Assembly (NCBI GenBank): GCA_965178125.1
Contig: OZ237761.1
Span: 806,001-870,000 of the forward strand
Reading direction: 5' to 3'
Length of the DNA stretch: 64,000 nucleotides
DNA from: Bilabrum cf. latius
Taxonomy: Eukaryota
Shown: one piece after another, positions 36,448 to 48,112 of the stretch
Layout of the letters: the number at the start of each line of letters is the position of its first letter
Numbering within the stretch: the first letter of the stretch is position 1
The notes under the pieces: model-generated
What the model was told of the DNA's origin: nothing
Databases searched by the model: none
Seen by the model: the letters and a program-made list of their open reading frames with translations, nothing else
Made by a program: the position numbers and the translations under genes

Positions 36448-38862
36448 ATGCTATCCCAAGCTGTCGCGTGGATTATTGCGGTATTATTGGTTCGATTCGC
36501 TGTTCATACCCAAGATGGCCCAAATCCGTGCGAGATGTCGTACATGTCTCCATAGTACACGAGTGTGTTCAAATCATTCTCGGGTGGTCCGTCAGCATTT
36601 CAGTATCAGGACAAGCGCATCGGCAGCAACGACAGGAAAAGCATGAATCTTATATTTGTCCCTGGGCACATGGGTGATCATAAGCAGGTTAGATCCCTGG
36701 GGTCGTCCGGCTTACAAGCAAAACAGTTTTCTCGAATTATCGCTCTCGATTTTTTTGAAGCTCCCAGCGTCTTTTTGCCATGTGCAACTAAGCGTCAAGC
36801 ACAGTTCGCCGCACATACATTGGACAAGATGCGAACTGCGTCGACTGCTAGCCGTGATACCCTGCTTATTGGGCACTCAATGGGAGCGCACGCCGTTCTG
36901 CTCGCGGCAGCCCCCAATCGCACAGCAATTGAAACAGTTTAGATTGGTGCACATAGTAGCACCACTGTAATACTGCTTGCATCCCCACTTCGTGCGCCGG
37001 CAGTCGGTTTGTCCTCGTGCTCATGGCGTGCGCATGATACGCTCCGATTCCACGCTCGCCAGCTGCGTGCTCTGCCCAACGTGACGGTCGTATCCATCGA
37101 TGGCGGGGACAGGGATCTGCTGGTAGATCCTCGGGGTGCGAGGCTAGACGGGCTCATCGAAGACCACGTGTCTCTGGGGGACCCTGGGCTGCAGTTCGCC
37201 GGCGTGGACCACCGCGCGGTGCTGTGGTGCAAGCAGGTGGTGGACGGGCTGGTGCAGGGGGTGGCGAGCTGGCGGCAGGGGCGGGGCCAAAGGGGCCAAA
37301 AGGGTCGGGTTGATCTATCGCTAGGAGAGCATATACGACATGGCATCGGCAGCGAGGCGCAGGTGTCCTCGGAGAGATCTGCGGCGGTGCGGGCCAGCCT
37401 AGCAGCGGTGAGGGAGAGGGGGTGGAGGGAGGCAGCGGGGGTGGCGCAGGCTGGGGTGGCGCTGGTACAGAGGGTCTCTCGATCCATGGCTGGACTGGGT
37501 GCGATGGTGATGTTGTCTATCGAGCACGGGGTGGTACAGGGAGTGGGCAGGCGCAGGGGTGCGTTTGCGGTGTGGGGGTGGGTGCCGCAGAGGTGGTGCG
37601 CGCTGGTGGCAGTCTTGGTTTTGGTATTCAGGTGGGTTCTTGCCCTCGGAATAAGCCTGGCATTGGCTCCATGGGGCCCTCTCCTGGAAGATCCATCGGG
37701 GGCAATGGCCAGCGCGTGCATCCGGGCGCTGCTGGTCTGCCTCAAGGGGGGCGCGGGGGCCCGTGGGCTGCTACTCTCGCTGTGGGGCATGGGGCTGGAC
37801 CTCGCCTGGACGATCGTGCTGATGGACACATTGCTAGGGGCGATATCGTCGGTGCTGGGGGCGATTGGATGGGCGGTGATGGGGCTGCTAGGAGCTTGCA
37901 AGCGGTTGGGAGGGTTGTCCGATGGGGGGCGGTGCGGGCTCAATCGAAACAGAAGGCCAGCAGGGGGCTAGATTTCGCTGGACTGGACGAAGATAGCGAC
38001 GGGTGCGGGCTGCGTCGCGGCGAGCTTGTGGCTCGCCTTTGCCATCGACTCGAGCCGGGGTTTCCCTTGCATGGGCATCTTTGGGACCGCCCTGCCGATC
38101 GTGAGTGTGCTTTGCTTTGGGCTGGCCACTTGGGGTGTGCCGGAGCCCAGCTCGTGGGGCTCCGTGCACCCCGTGTGGGTCATGGTGCTCCTGGTCTCGC
38201 ACGATGCACTGGCCGTCGGGGGCCTCGTCTGGGCCCGGTTCTTTGCAGACTCATGGTAGAATGTCTCTCTCGCGCGTCAGCTCGCCGTGTGGACTGCACA
38301 GTACCCCATCCCAGAGAGCATAGGTGAAGATGCCAGTGGCGCCGAGGAGTACGCGGCAGGCCATCTGTGCGGCGATTATGCATCGCACCTGCAGTTGGTT
38401 GGGAGCGTCATCTTCTGCGTGGGGGTCCCTCTCGGGATGCAAGGCATGCAGGTCTCGCCAGAATCGGCCGAGGTAATGCGAGCCCTGCGGCGGGTCCCCC
38501 GGCCAGAGTCGCCAGAAGTGGCGCGTGCCCTGCAGCAGACCACCACAACGTCTGCCGTCGCAGATTTGATCAGATACGCAACGATGTGCTTCTTATGCGT
38601 GCTGGTCGTGGCACATGTTAGCGACGAGTAGAGACCGGAAGAGGCGAGCTTCGTCGTGGATGCAGACACGGTCATAGAGGAGGCCTGGCGGTGGGGCCCC
38701 CAGGTCACTGGTCTGACTGCATGGGTTGCATTCGCAGCTGAGGCTCTTGCCAAGCGGAGATCGACCCCGCCACCTCCTAGGCTGACCCAGGAGCAAGGGG
38801 GGGCATGGCTGCTCTCGACCATCCTGCCTTCAAGTTGGCGCGCCAGGGAGCACGCAGATTGA
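36448..38862 (+). CDS. PGAP1: GPI inositol deacylase PGAP1/BST1-like
   Basis: N-terminal TM, CEMSYMSP[TAG]Y, IFVPGHMGDHKQVRSLGS, IGHSMG, ILLASP, SIDGGDRDLLV, VDHRAVLWCKQ, C-terminal TM segments. 5 TAGs; TGA 38860. Confidence 0.88.
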
Positions 38863-38937
38863 CTAGCAACTACTTGTCCACATATCCAATATCGCTCTTG
38901 TTATCACATGAATATGCCAAGAGGCTTTTCTACTCAA

Positions 38938-39954
38938 TCACGAGGAAGCAGGCCGCCAAGTCGAGCTCGCGTTCCCGCACTTGGGGTAGTCAATCTCGCC
39001 CTGCCCAAAGCCCGGCAGCTAGCTGGCCTCGGGGCTGGAGGCAAGCGTCAGCGCCTCGCCCAAAGCTGCCATGATCCTGCTAAACCCGTTTTTGAAGCAA
39101 AGATCCGGGTCATATGGGGCATCGGCGCAGTATCCCGACGGTGGGGGCGCCGCAACTTCCGGGGCAGCAGTCTTGCCATTGGCATTGCTATTGGCTCCCC
39201 GCAGCTGGCCCCTGCCCGTCCAAGCGGCGGCATGAGAAGCGCGGGATACGTTTCTGCCGTCTTTAAGCAGCTCATGGGACTGGAAGAACCGCGCCCACTG
39301 GAAATCTGCGAAACTGACGTTGGTCTTGCCGTATCCTCCATTGTTGCGCACCGCCCAGGCCAGGGAGCGGTAGGGCCAGTTGACGAGGCGGGAGAAACTG
39401 CTGGGGATCAGTCTTGGGTCCATCTGAGGCCTATCTTTGTCATCACGCAGCCAAACCAGCCCCTGCGCCACCATGGTGGCGAAGAATGCAGAATCTGAGG
39501 CCGGTTCACCTCTGCTCTTTCCCGCCTGACCTGTCGAAACATCGAGCTGCACTTGGCACAACATCTACCGGTCCTCAGGATATGTTGATATGTCCGCAGT
39601 AAGGAGCCCGAGAGCCGTGTGGTGGTGGTCAGTCAGGAAAAGTCTGAAGGGCGCATCAACAGAGGACCGCGGCGATTCTGGCGGCGCTATGACCACCGGT
39701 ACTATGTGGCCCACGAGGTATTCATCCAAGTCCTTCAAAGTCATATTTCCGTATCTCGCTGCCTTGCAATGAACTTCGTCTAAGCCTACCAAAGATTGTG
39801 TTGGGCGCAGCTAGAGGGCATCACAGGAGCAGAGCGTGCCTACTCCCATGCCCGGACTGCAGGCTGGGTAGTCCGACGGACTTGGGTGGGCATGTGTGTT
39901 GAAGCATCCCAATACTACACAGAACACGACTAGCCGATAATTGCCCCCCAACAT
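38938..39954 (-). CDS. ParB-like nuclease family protein (ParBc_2-type) with signal peptide
   Basis: LRPTQSLVGLDEV, VPVVIAP, LFLTDHHH, PYRSLAWAVRNNGGYGK, FADFQWARFF, ASSPEAS[TAG]LPGF. TAG at 39811, 39565 and 39019; TGA 38938. The start may be slightly upstream. Confidence 0.8.
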
Positions 39955-40126
39955 GTGGAAATCGTGACGGTATAGTGGAAGATGCATCGAGTCGTAGAGT
40001 TGCTGTTGCTGCATCTTGAAGACCCGAAGTATGACGAGTGGAGGTCGCAAGCACGCAGATTCGACAACTTCGTTGTTTCCGAGAGATTTTCAACAGCTCA
40101 GTCCTGTACCTCCACATATTGATTCA

Positions 40127-42532
40127 ATGGCATCGTTGTTAGATCAAGTTCTCGCCATTTCAGCCAAACAAGAACGATCATTCAGCGTGCCAGAGGAGGG
40201 CGAAGATGCTCGATTCGAGTTTGCACTCAGTCCGTTATCACGCTGGGGTTCAGCGTGTATCTGGGCCGTCAAATGCATGCTACCGTCATCACCTGTGGTT
40301 GCACAAGTTCTACACACGGACTCTGACGTTGCTGCTTTCCTTTCTGAGATCCCACCCTCGCTTCCACACCGACTGCCAGCACTCTGCGACTCGTTGCGGG
40401 GAACATACGCAATGGGGTCCAGATCAACACTACGATATTTGACTCGCGAATTTGGTCGCGATGGCGGCTGGGATGATGCTGAGCACGACGAGCTCCTGGA
40501 GCTGGCCGAAGAGATGAGGAACCTGCTCGACGCGGACGGCTCAACAGCTCCTGGAGACGCCCAAAGCGCTTCCAGCGGCGCCGGATAGAGCGTTTCAGCT
40601 GTGTGGGGCCCGGTAGACCCGCGCGCATCCGCCCTCAGGACGGCTGCTGAATCGGCGCGCACTGCTGGGTCGGCCCGGGGCGCCCTTTGCAAGGAGCTGC
40701 ACCGCCTGTGCGACGAGTCATAGGAATCGCGGGCTCGCTCGCAGGGCCAAATTGCATTTAAGTCGCTTTTGGAACGGGTAGAGGTGCTCGTGAGGCAGTC
40801 CGCGGGCGATGCGGCAGGTGCGAAGGCAGTGGATGCCGACATGATGGCAGCACTGCTGGGCGAGGCAGCAGGCACACCTGGCTCTGGGGCAGGAGTCGCG
40901 GGAGGAGAGAGCATCAGTTTGCTACCAATCGGGCCGGGCAAGCTCACTCCGGGTGATTGTGCGATCGTGCACTGCATCAGCGAGGCGTGCCAGAGCAGTC
41001 CCGGCAGTGCCCCGCTTCTCGAATCGCACCCCGAGGTGCAGGACTGGGTCCGGCGCGCGCTCCTGTTCCTCAGGGAACAGAGGGCGGCTGACACAGAGAG
41101 GTACCTTGAGGCTATCGGTGCAAGTGACAGCGGATCGGCGGAGCCCAGTGCCGGCGAAGGCGTGCCCCCGGGGGTGGCGGCAGCGGCGAGGAGCGGCGAC
41201 CTGGTGCTGGTGACAGGGGCCGGGGGATTCATCGGGAGTCACGTGGTGCAGCAGCTGTTGGTCGGAGGGCATGCCGTGCGGGGCACGGTGCGGGATCCTC
41301 GTAAGGAGGACCGCACGGCGCACCTTCGTGCCATGCAGGGGGCTAGTGACCGGCTGCAGCTGCACCCCCTGGATCTCCTTGAGGCGGGGTCCTTCGCACC
41401 GGCCATGGAAGGCTGCGGCGTGGTGATGCACGTGGCCAGCCCCTTCGCCCTTGGGGAGGTGCGGGACCCCGACAGAGACATGCTGCTTCCAGCGGTCATG
41501 GGCACGCTGCACGCTCTCCGGGCCGCTGCATCCAGCCCCACCGTGCGCCGCGTGGTGGTTACCAGCAGCACCGCGGCGGTGTACATGAGCAAGCGCAGGG
41601 GCGACGAATGGTGTGACGAGTGCGAATGGAGCGACTCCGCGGCGCTGCGCCAGGACGGAAAGTGGTACGCGCTCTCCAAGACTCTCGCCGAGGCGGCTGC
41701 CTGGGCCTTCGTTGGGCTGGCGGGGAGCCGGGGGGTGCCAGAGGATGCGCTGCGGCAGGTGGGTGCTCTGCTGGAGGCAGCCGGATCGGAGGCGCGCGGG
41801 GGCCTGGACGCTGGGCTCCTGCAGTCTGGCAGCAGCCGGCCAGAGGCGTGCCTGTCTTCGTCCCTGCGGCCCGGCGGTGCACCCCCCTTGCAGGTGACCT
41901 GCCTGTGCCCCACGCTGGTGGCGGGCCCGCTGCTGCAGCCCCCCCGGGCTGGAGGCTCCCGCCCGGGCCTCAACGAGAGCTCGGCTCGGGTGGCTGTGTT
42001 CATGCAGGCCGACCTCGTGACAGGTGCAGGGCATGCAGGTGCAGGTGCAGAGGCAGGGGCTAGAGTCAGGGTGCGGCCCCGGAAGGCCGCCATCCCTGAC
42101 TCCACCAAGTGCTTCGTGGATGTGCGTGACGTGGCACGGGCGCACGTGCTGGCGGGGCTGGGCGCGTCTGCCGGCAACGAGCGGGTTCTGCTGATCGGCG
42201 CGGTGGCAGCGTGGAGGCACGTGGTGCGGATGCTGAGGGAGGGGCTGTCCGTGACCGTGTCGGGTGTGGGGAGCGAAGGCACAGGGCCGCGCTCCGTGGA
42301 AGACGGTCCGGAGGAGGTGCTCGCAGTGATGCCCAAAGCGGTGGAGGGTCAGGCCGGGGATGGATCTCTGCCGGAGGTGGCACCCTACCCGCAGGCCATC
42401 GCGTCGATCCGAAGTGCGTCTCGGCTGGGGCTCGCATACACGCCGTTGGAGACAACTATGGCAGATACAGTACAATCTCTGGTCGCTGGGGGCCACATTG
42501 GGGTTGTGGGCGAAGTGGTGGCCACTGCGTGA
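40127..42532 (+). CDS. GST-like N-terminal region fused to an extended SDR (DFR/cinnamoyl-CoA reductase-like NAD(P)H reductase)
   Basis: C-terminal half VLVTGAGGFIGSH, VRGTVRDP, HVASPF, VVVTSSTAAV, WYALSKTLAE, VDVRDVARAH. N-terminal half LPALCD...SRSTLRYLTREFG and GKLTPGDCAI...LLESHPEVQDWVRR. Joined through TAG 40586 and 40721. Confidence 0.78.
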
Positions 42533-42698
42533 GGTACCCGGAGCCTCGACTCGGAGCGCAAGTTGCCGTTGGCGAAAATCAAGACTCGTTCGTTCGTTCG
42601 TTCGTTGACGGGCAAACATACAGAGTTTGCTGGTTCGATTAGTGTCTAGCATGCATGAGTTGTGCAAGAGCGCAAATATTTGATAATATCTACTGGGG

Positions 42699-43805
42699 AT
42701 GGAGGAGTTCGATGAGGTCGAGGGTATCCTCCTGCGGCTCGAGTAGCAGGCAAAGACAGAGGCCAGCCCGATTCCGCCTGTCACTCACGACAAGTTTTTG
42801 TCTGATTTGAGCCCTTTTCGTGCTTCTGCGCCGCATTTGACTCTACAGGGTTCTGCAAGGTCGAGCATTCCAACAAGCAGAGCTGCCAATGATATATCAA
42901 GCGGCAGACATGCTGGATCGCGGCAACACACCTCAATGTCACACTTGAGAACCTTACAAATCGGAGAACTAGATGAATGCAAGCCAGGGACTCAGGCCCG
43001 CCCATTCGCTGCGCAATCGCCTGATGAATCCATCGTTGGATCAGCACCGAATATCGGTATTCATTCGAGTCGTAGCGCAAGCACGGAATTGAAGCATTCC
43101 CGGCGTTTACAAGATCGTGATCTCCGCAGAAGTCGAATGCGCAGTCAGCCGCTGGCACCTCGCCTCCCTCGACGGGCGGCCGCGTTGCGTGCCCCCGACA
43201 TGCCGAAGCACCACCAGCGACGACTAGCCTCGGAGGGTCGGGATGCCGCAGTGCGCAAGCAGGTTCGAAAGCTACTTGAGGGTGATTCACTTGGTTGTCT
43301 CCGCCTGCTCAGTGGTGGCACGCGATGTACGCCCATCGATGCGGCTGCGAGGCGCAGAGCGGGGCCATTCGCACCGGCAGCTTCACGCGGCCTGGAGAGC
43401 CGTGGATTTCCATGGGACCACCTCAGGCACACAGATAGTGATGACTCCGACAGGGAGTTAGAGGATTCTGGCAGTCGAAGCACACACCCTGCGGGTGTGC
43501 GCACAGGTGCAGCGAGCAGCAGGGCGATCGGCAGTGCAAGCCCTAGCCGCGTGCGGCGACAGACCCTGGCAGCGCGCCAGCGAGAGACCTGGCTGCTCAA
43601 CGATGCATCTAGAGAGCAGAAACGCATCTTGGGCGCGTTCGGGAGGCGGGCACGGAGAGGTGCACGTGCTGACTAGACAGGGAGCAAGGGCGCTTCCGTG
43701 ATGGGGGGGGTCAGGCCGACCGGGGGATATGCAGCCGCGCCAGGGAGTGAAAAGCGTTGGCGGGAGATTGAGACGCGCCTGCTGTCCACGGGCCCAATGA
43801 CTTGA
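42699..43805 (+). CDS. Hypothetical basic protein
   Basis: ATG 42699 (MEEFDEVEGILLRLE) to TGA 43803 in one frame with 2 TAGs. Confidence 0.5.
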
Positions 43806-43941
43806 TGTGAAAAACTCAACGTGTGCTTGGCTCTGCCACTGGTGCACGCGATGCGAGAAAGTTGTGCGGATCTGGACAACGCTCCAACGACTCTATCCAA
43901 TGCCAAGCAGGAGCTGCCCAACCGGAACCATTTAACCGGCA

Positions 43942-46900
43942 TCATCCAACCGCCCCCTACCCCAGCGTGGTGCCCCGCACCGTTGTCTCAGAGGCACTCA
44001 GGGCCAGCGATGCGCCGGGCCTGCCCCCCTCCCACTCCGCCCTCGCGAGCGGCCTGGCCCCCTGCATGCCGTGCAGCCTCTCGATCAGGTCGTTGTGGGT
44101 CAGGCCCAGGTGCACCCCATCCCCGTCCCCATCTCGCCCCTCCTTCTGACCCGGTAGGAAAGTCCCCCCAGTCCCCTTGCCCGTGCCCCCGCCCCCTTCC
44201 TCGGCCGCTCTCGCCCTCGAAGACACCCCCCCGCCCTCCTGCACCAGCCCCTGCCAGAGGGCAAGCAGGGCCTGCACACCGGCCGGCTTCAGGGGACGAA
44301 CCACGGCACACGCAGCGGAGCCACCGAGCAGGTGTTCCGGTTTGGGGTGCATGACGAGCCCCGTGCGGGGGCAGCACCACGGCTTTCCCTCCGCTGCAGC
44401 GGCCTCTGCTTCCGCTTTCCTCTCCGCTGCGTCAGTGGCGCGCGCGTTGGAGGCCCCGGCAGAGGGGACCTTGGCCCTGCCTGGGATGGCCATCTCGGCA
44501 GGTGCCCGCCCCGGCAGCACGCTCCCAGTGGGCAGCAGCGCCACCACCAGCGAGCGGCCCCTCAGCCGAAGCGCCTCTCCCAGACCGTCGCTGGGAGACA
44601 CGGCCGCAGTGCGCTGCCTGGGCTTGCCCACCGCCCGCGAAACGTCTGCAGCCTCCTTGGCCCCTGCTCCCGCCCCGATCAGCACCAGGGCAAAATCGTC
44701 CGAGGTCTGCGCCGTGGCGTTAGTGCCACCAGGGAGGGACCTCGAGGCACGGACCCGTCTGGCTGCCCCGTCGTGCAGCTTGCGGTGCAGCTCCATCGCC
44801 CGCCTGGCAGAGAGGGCGACATCCGTGGCTCGGCCGGTGCGTGGGTCGCAGGAGCCCCCCACGGTGGTCACCTGCCCCCCACACTGCTTCAGGCTCGACT
44901 CCGCCCCAAGCCTGTGGGCTGCCTGCGGCTCCACCAGCAGCGCGTTGGGCACCCTGTTGCTGGCAGGCAGCCGCACCACGGTAGCGCCTCCCATGGCCCC
45001 GCGGTAGATCAACTTCCCATCGCGAAAGGCGAGGAACAGAGGAGCCGCGGTGACCCGGTATTTCCTGGCGATGCCTGGCGATCGAGCCAGCTCCACGCGC
45101 CGGAGCACGAAAGGAGAGCGGCCCCCCGTGCCATCGCCGCCCGCTGTCTCCTCGTCGGCCCGCCCCCCCACGGCCTTGGAGGCAGTGACCTGCATCAGAC
45201 TCGCAGCCAGGTCCGGATCGCCACCGTGCAGCCGTGCCATCGTGGACTGCACCTTTTCCATCACCCGGATGGCCGCCCTGCTCGCGGGCTCGTCGCCGCG
45301 CACGCATGCCACCAGCACGACCCGACCGGCCAGCTGCCCCGACTGCAGCCAGCGTTGCAGCCTGGGCTCGTCGGGTGCCTCGGGGACGGCCAGCAGCGTG
45401 CTGGCAGCCCGAGCAGCAGCCCCGCCCTCGCTGGCACTGCGCGCGTTATACCGCCCTGATGCCTGCCGCATGCTGACTGGCTTGGGCAGCGCGGGGTGCA
45501 CCTGCGTGAGTCTGGCCTTCATCTCGATCTCACCCACCCACTTGCCGCCGACCCACGAAGCACCCCTTGCCGTGCCGTACCCGTCCGACGGATCCGCCAG
45601 GGCACGATCCATGGCCTCTCGCGCTACTTGGGCCGTCGGTATCCCCCGCTTCCCCCCACCCGGTCCCATAGCAGACCCTCCGAGCAGACGCGCACCGCCG
45701 GCACTGCCGCCAAACGTGTCCCCCAGCCCCAGGGCCTCAGATGCCTTCGTCTCAGCGAGCCCGCCGAAGCCAGCTGAGCCCGCCCGACTGGCCCCCCTTC
45801 CGCTACCGACCCCAGTGCTGCCTCTGGCCCTACTGGCTCCCGCCCCATGCAGAGCCTGGGTGAGTCGCAGCGTGGCCTCCGCAGCCTCTTTGGCCACATC
45901 TTTCCTCGCCCTCTCGATAGCGGCATCTAGCGCGCCATCCCTGTCCCGCATCGTAAACACGGGGTCGTCCCGCAGGGCACCCCCACTGCCTCTGGTCCTG
46001 GCCCCTCCCCCTGCCATGGCCAGGGCAACCTCGAACGGATCCGGCCCCTCCAGCCCCGCCTCGATGCCCGCCTGCGTGCGCTGCCCCTCCCACCTAGGCA
46101 CCTCCTGCAGCGTCCTCAGCCGGGCCTGCTCCTTCCACCCGGGCTCGTTGTGCGGCGCCACTCGCAGGTTCCGCACGCCCTCCATGGCCTCGTCCAGCTC
46201 TTTGGTGAGAGCCGCGAGGGCGCCCCCTGCCACTCGACCAGCTGGGGGCACCACCCCGCCCCGCCTGTCCCGTGCAACCTTCCTGCTCAGCGGGCGGGTG
46301 GACAGCTTGCCAGATCCTACAAGGGATGATGGTGATAGTGATGCCCCGTGCGGTCCTCGCCCCCTCCCCCGCCCGCCTGCAGTCTGCAGCTGCACCAGCG
46401 TGCGCCGTGGCACAGGAGGCCCCTGCAGGTCCACCCGCTCCCTGTACCCGCATTGGAAATGGTGCTTGAGCCCGTCGCACTCGAAGTGCACACGGATGTC
46501 CCCCCGGCCACGGAACACCAGCTGCATGTGTTTGTTCAGCTGGATCTGCACCGGCCCCCGGGGCGGCTCACCGGCCCCAGCCTGCTTTGGATCCCAAGCC
46601 CAGGCATGGAGGTGGGCGCCGGTGGAGCCGCGCTGCTTGGGCCCGAGAACGCTGGTGAGGACAGCTCCTTTCTTAGACAGAACCAGCTTGGTTCCTGGCT
46701 CGTGCTGCTTACCCTTGAGCCCACACACGGCGAAACCAGTGCATTCGCTGCTGATGCTCGCCAGCAGCGGCCCTTGGTTGCTGGTGTTCGGGGCACTTCC
46801 AATCGGCATCACAGGAGGCCGCTTGAGGGCTATCACGCCCCTACCTGCCTATGCGAGCTTCCTCTTGTTCCTTATTCGGGCCTTTTCAACCGAAGCGACG

Positions 46901-47148
46901 TACGGTGCAGTGTCAGCCGGGGGTGGTAGCTACTCATCCCTTGCCCGCAGCTGCCCGCGCTCACTTTTCTCTCCCGCAGGATCGTCAAAAAACATGTGCT
47001 ACTTTCTATGGGCTACGCTTCCTGCGTACACTAGGGCAGCCACATACTGCTGACCGTCAGAGCAGCTCGGATAGAACACCAAGCCTTCGCTAAATTCATT
47101 GATTCTAACGCCCGGAGTGCCATCCGGATAGTCAAAGGATAGCGCCAT
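43942..47148 (-). CDS. Large hypothetical protein; FAM194-like N-terminus and thioredoxin-like segment
   Basis: FDYPDG..., VFYPS..., WAWD...VQIQLNKHMQLVF...IRVHFEC (FAM194-like); IARKYRVTAAPLFLAFRDGKLIY (Trx-like). 4 TAGs; TGA 43942. Confidence 0.55.
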
Positions 47149-47717
47149 ATCACTTGTGTATTGGTATTCGAAATATACCGCGACAATCAACCATGCAATC
47201 CGAACGCAGGTGCAGCTGAATGTGTCCGTTTGTGTGTGTTCTTGGGTGCACTGCACTGATACGTGTGCATCTAGAGCAGGATTCTATTCCTTGCTTGCTT
47301 GCTTGATGGTCAAGTCATACTTGCTCTGAACCATGTGGTGGACAATATAATTGTCCTTAGATCCCAGGACAATGAGAGCCTGAAACCGTCTGCTTTGCAT
47401 AGTATCGTCTGCTGGATTCACTTCCAGGCTAGCGGCGGGTTGTCAGGCTTATTGTCCGTTGATATGCACCGTTGCGGCCAGGATTCAGTCTTACAATCAT
47501 AATCTTGTGCGTGAGCTAGAGCATGCAAATTGAGCAGTATGGTAGATGCATGAAAGGGGTAATGGGAAGCAGTCAAGCATCGCAGCCAGTGCGATTCACC
47601 ACCCTGCCGACTAGGGCCTGTTGTCTTGCGCGTTCTCATGTAAAGGCATACTGGTAGTGATCTAGAAGCTATGCAAGAGCGCTTCGCTTGGCGCTGGGCG
47701 TTTTCACTAAGGAGTAC

Positions 47718-47909
47718 TCATGCTGAGTTCGGGCGCAGAAGCAGCGCCCTGATTCCGTATCGCTCGTAGTACATAATATCAAAGCTAAGAGTGCAAGCGG
47801 CTAAAAAGAGGGTTATAGTCGCCGGCACACTCCCCTTTGCCTGAAATAGTTTAGAGGCGTGCGGGATGCGACCAAGTCTGGCAGCTAGGCCAGCTCCTAA
47901 CCGGAACAT
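47718..47909 (-). CDS. Possible small protein or first exon with mitochondrial-presequence-like N-terminus
   Basis: MFRLGAGLAARLGRIPHASKLF... followed by a hydrophobic stretch; lies head-to-head with the next gene like other pairs. 3' structure unresolved. Confidence 0.3.
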   Translation of the reverse strand: MFRLGAGLAARLGRIPHASKLFQAKGSVPATITLFLAACTLSFDIMYYERYGIRALLLRPNSA

Positions 47910-48112
47910 TGCTGCCGAACTCCGCGTGCCGCGGCGATTTCATGACCAGACCGCCGCCCCGTCACTTTTCACCAGTCGGTTGTTTGATAGTGATGGCGAC
48001 AGCTAGTGTAAGTCGTTCGTTCCTTTACAGTGCATTCGTTTGATACTGTGTAGTACTCACGTGTTGCGTTGCGGCTGGCCGCTGGGCGCCCATTGCAACA
48101 TCCAAGGAGGCT

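Noticed and set aside
38938-39954. Bacterial contamination or a plasmid partition locus
   Set aside because: The gene uses the host TAG code, has a signal-peptide-like start, has no parA neighbour and is flanked by eukaryotic genes.
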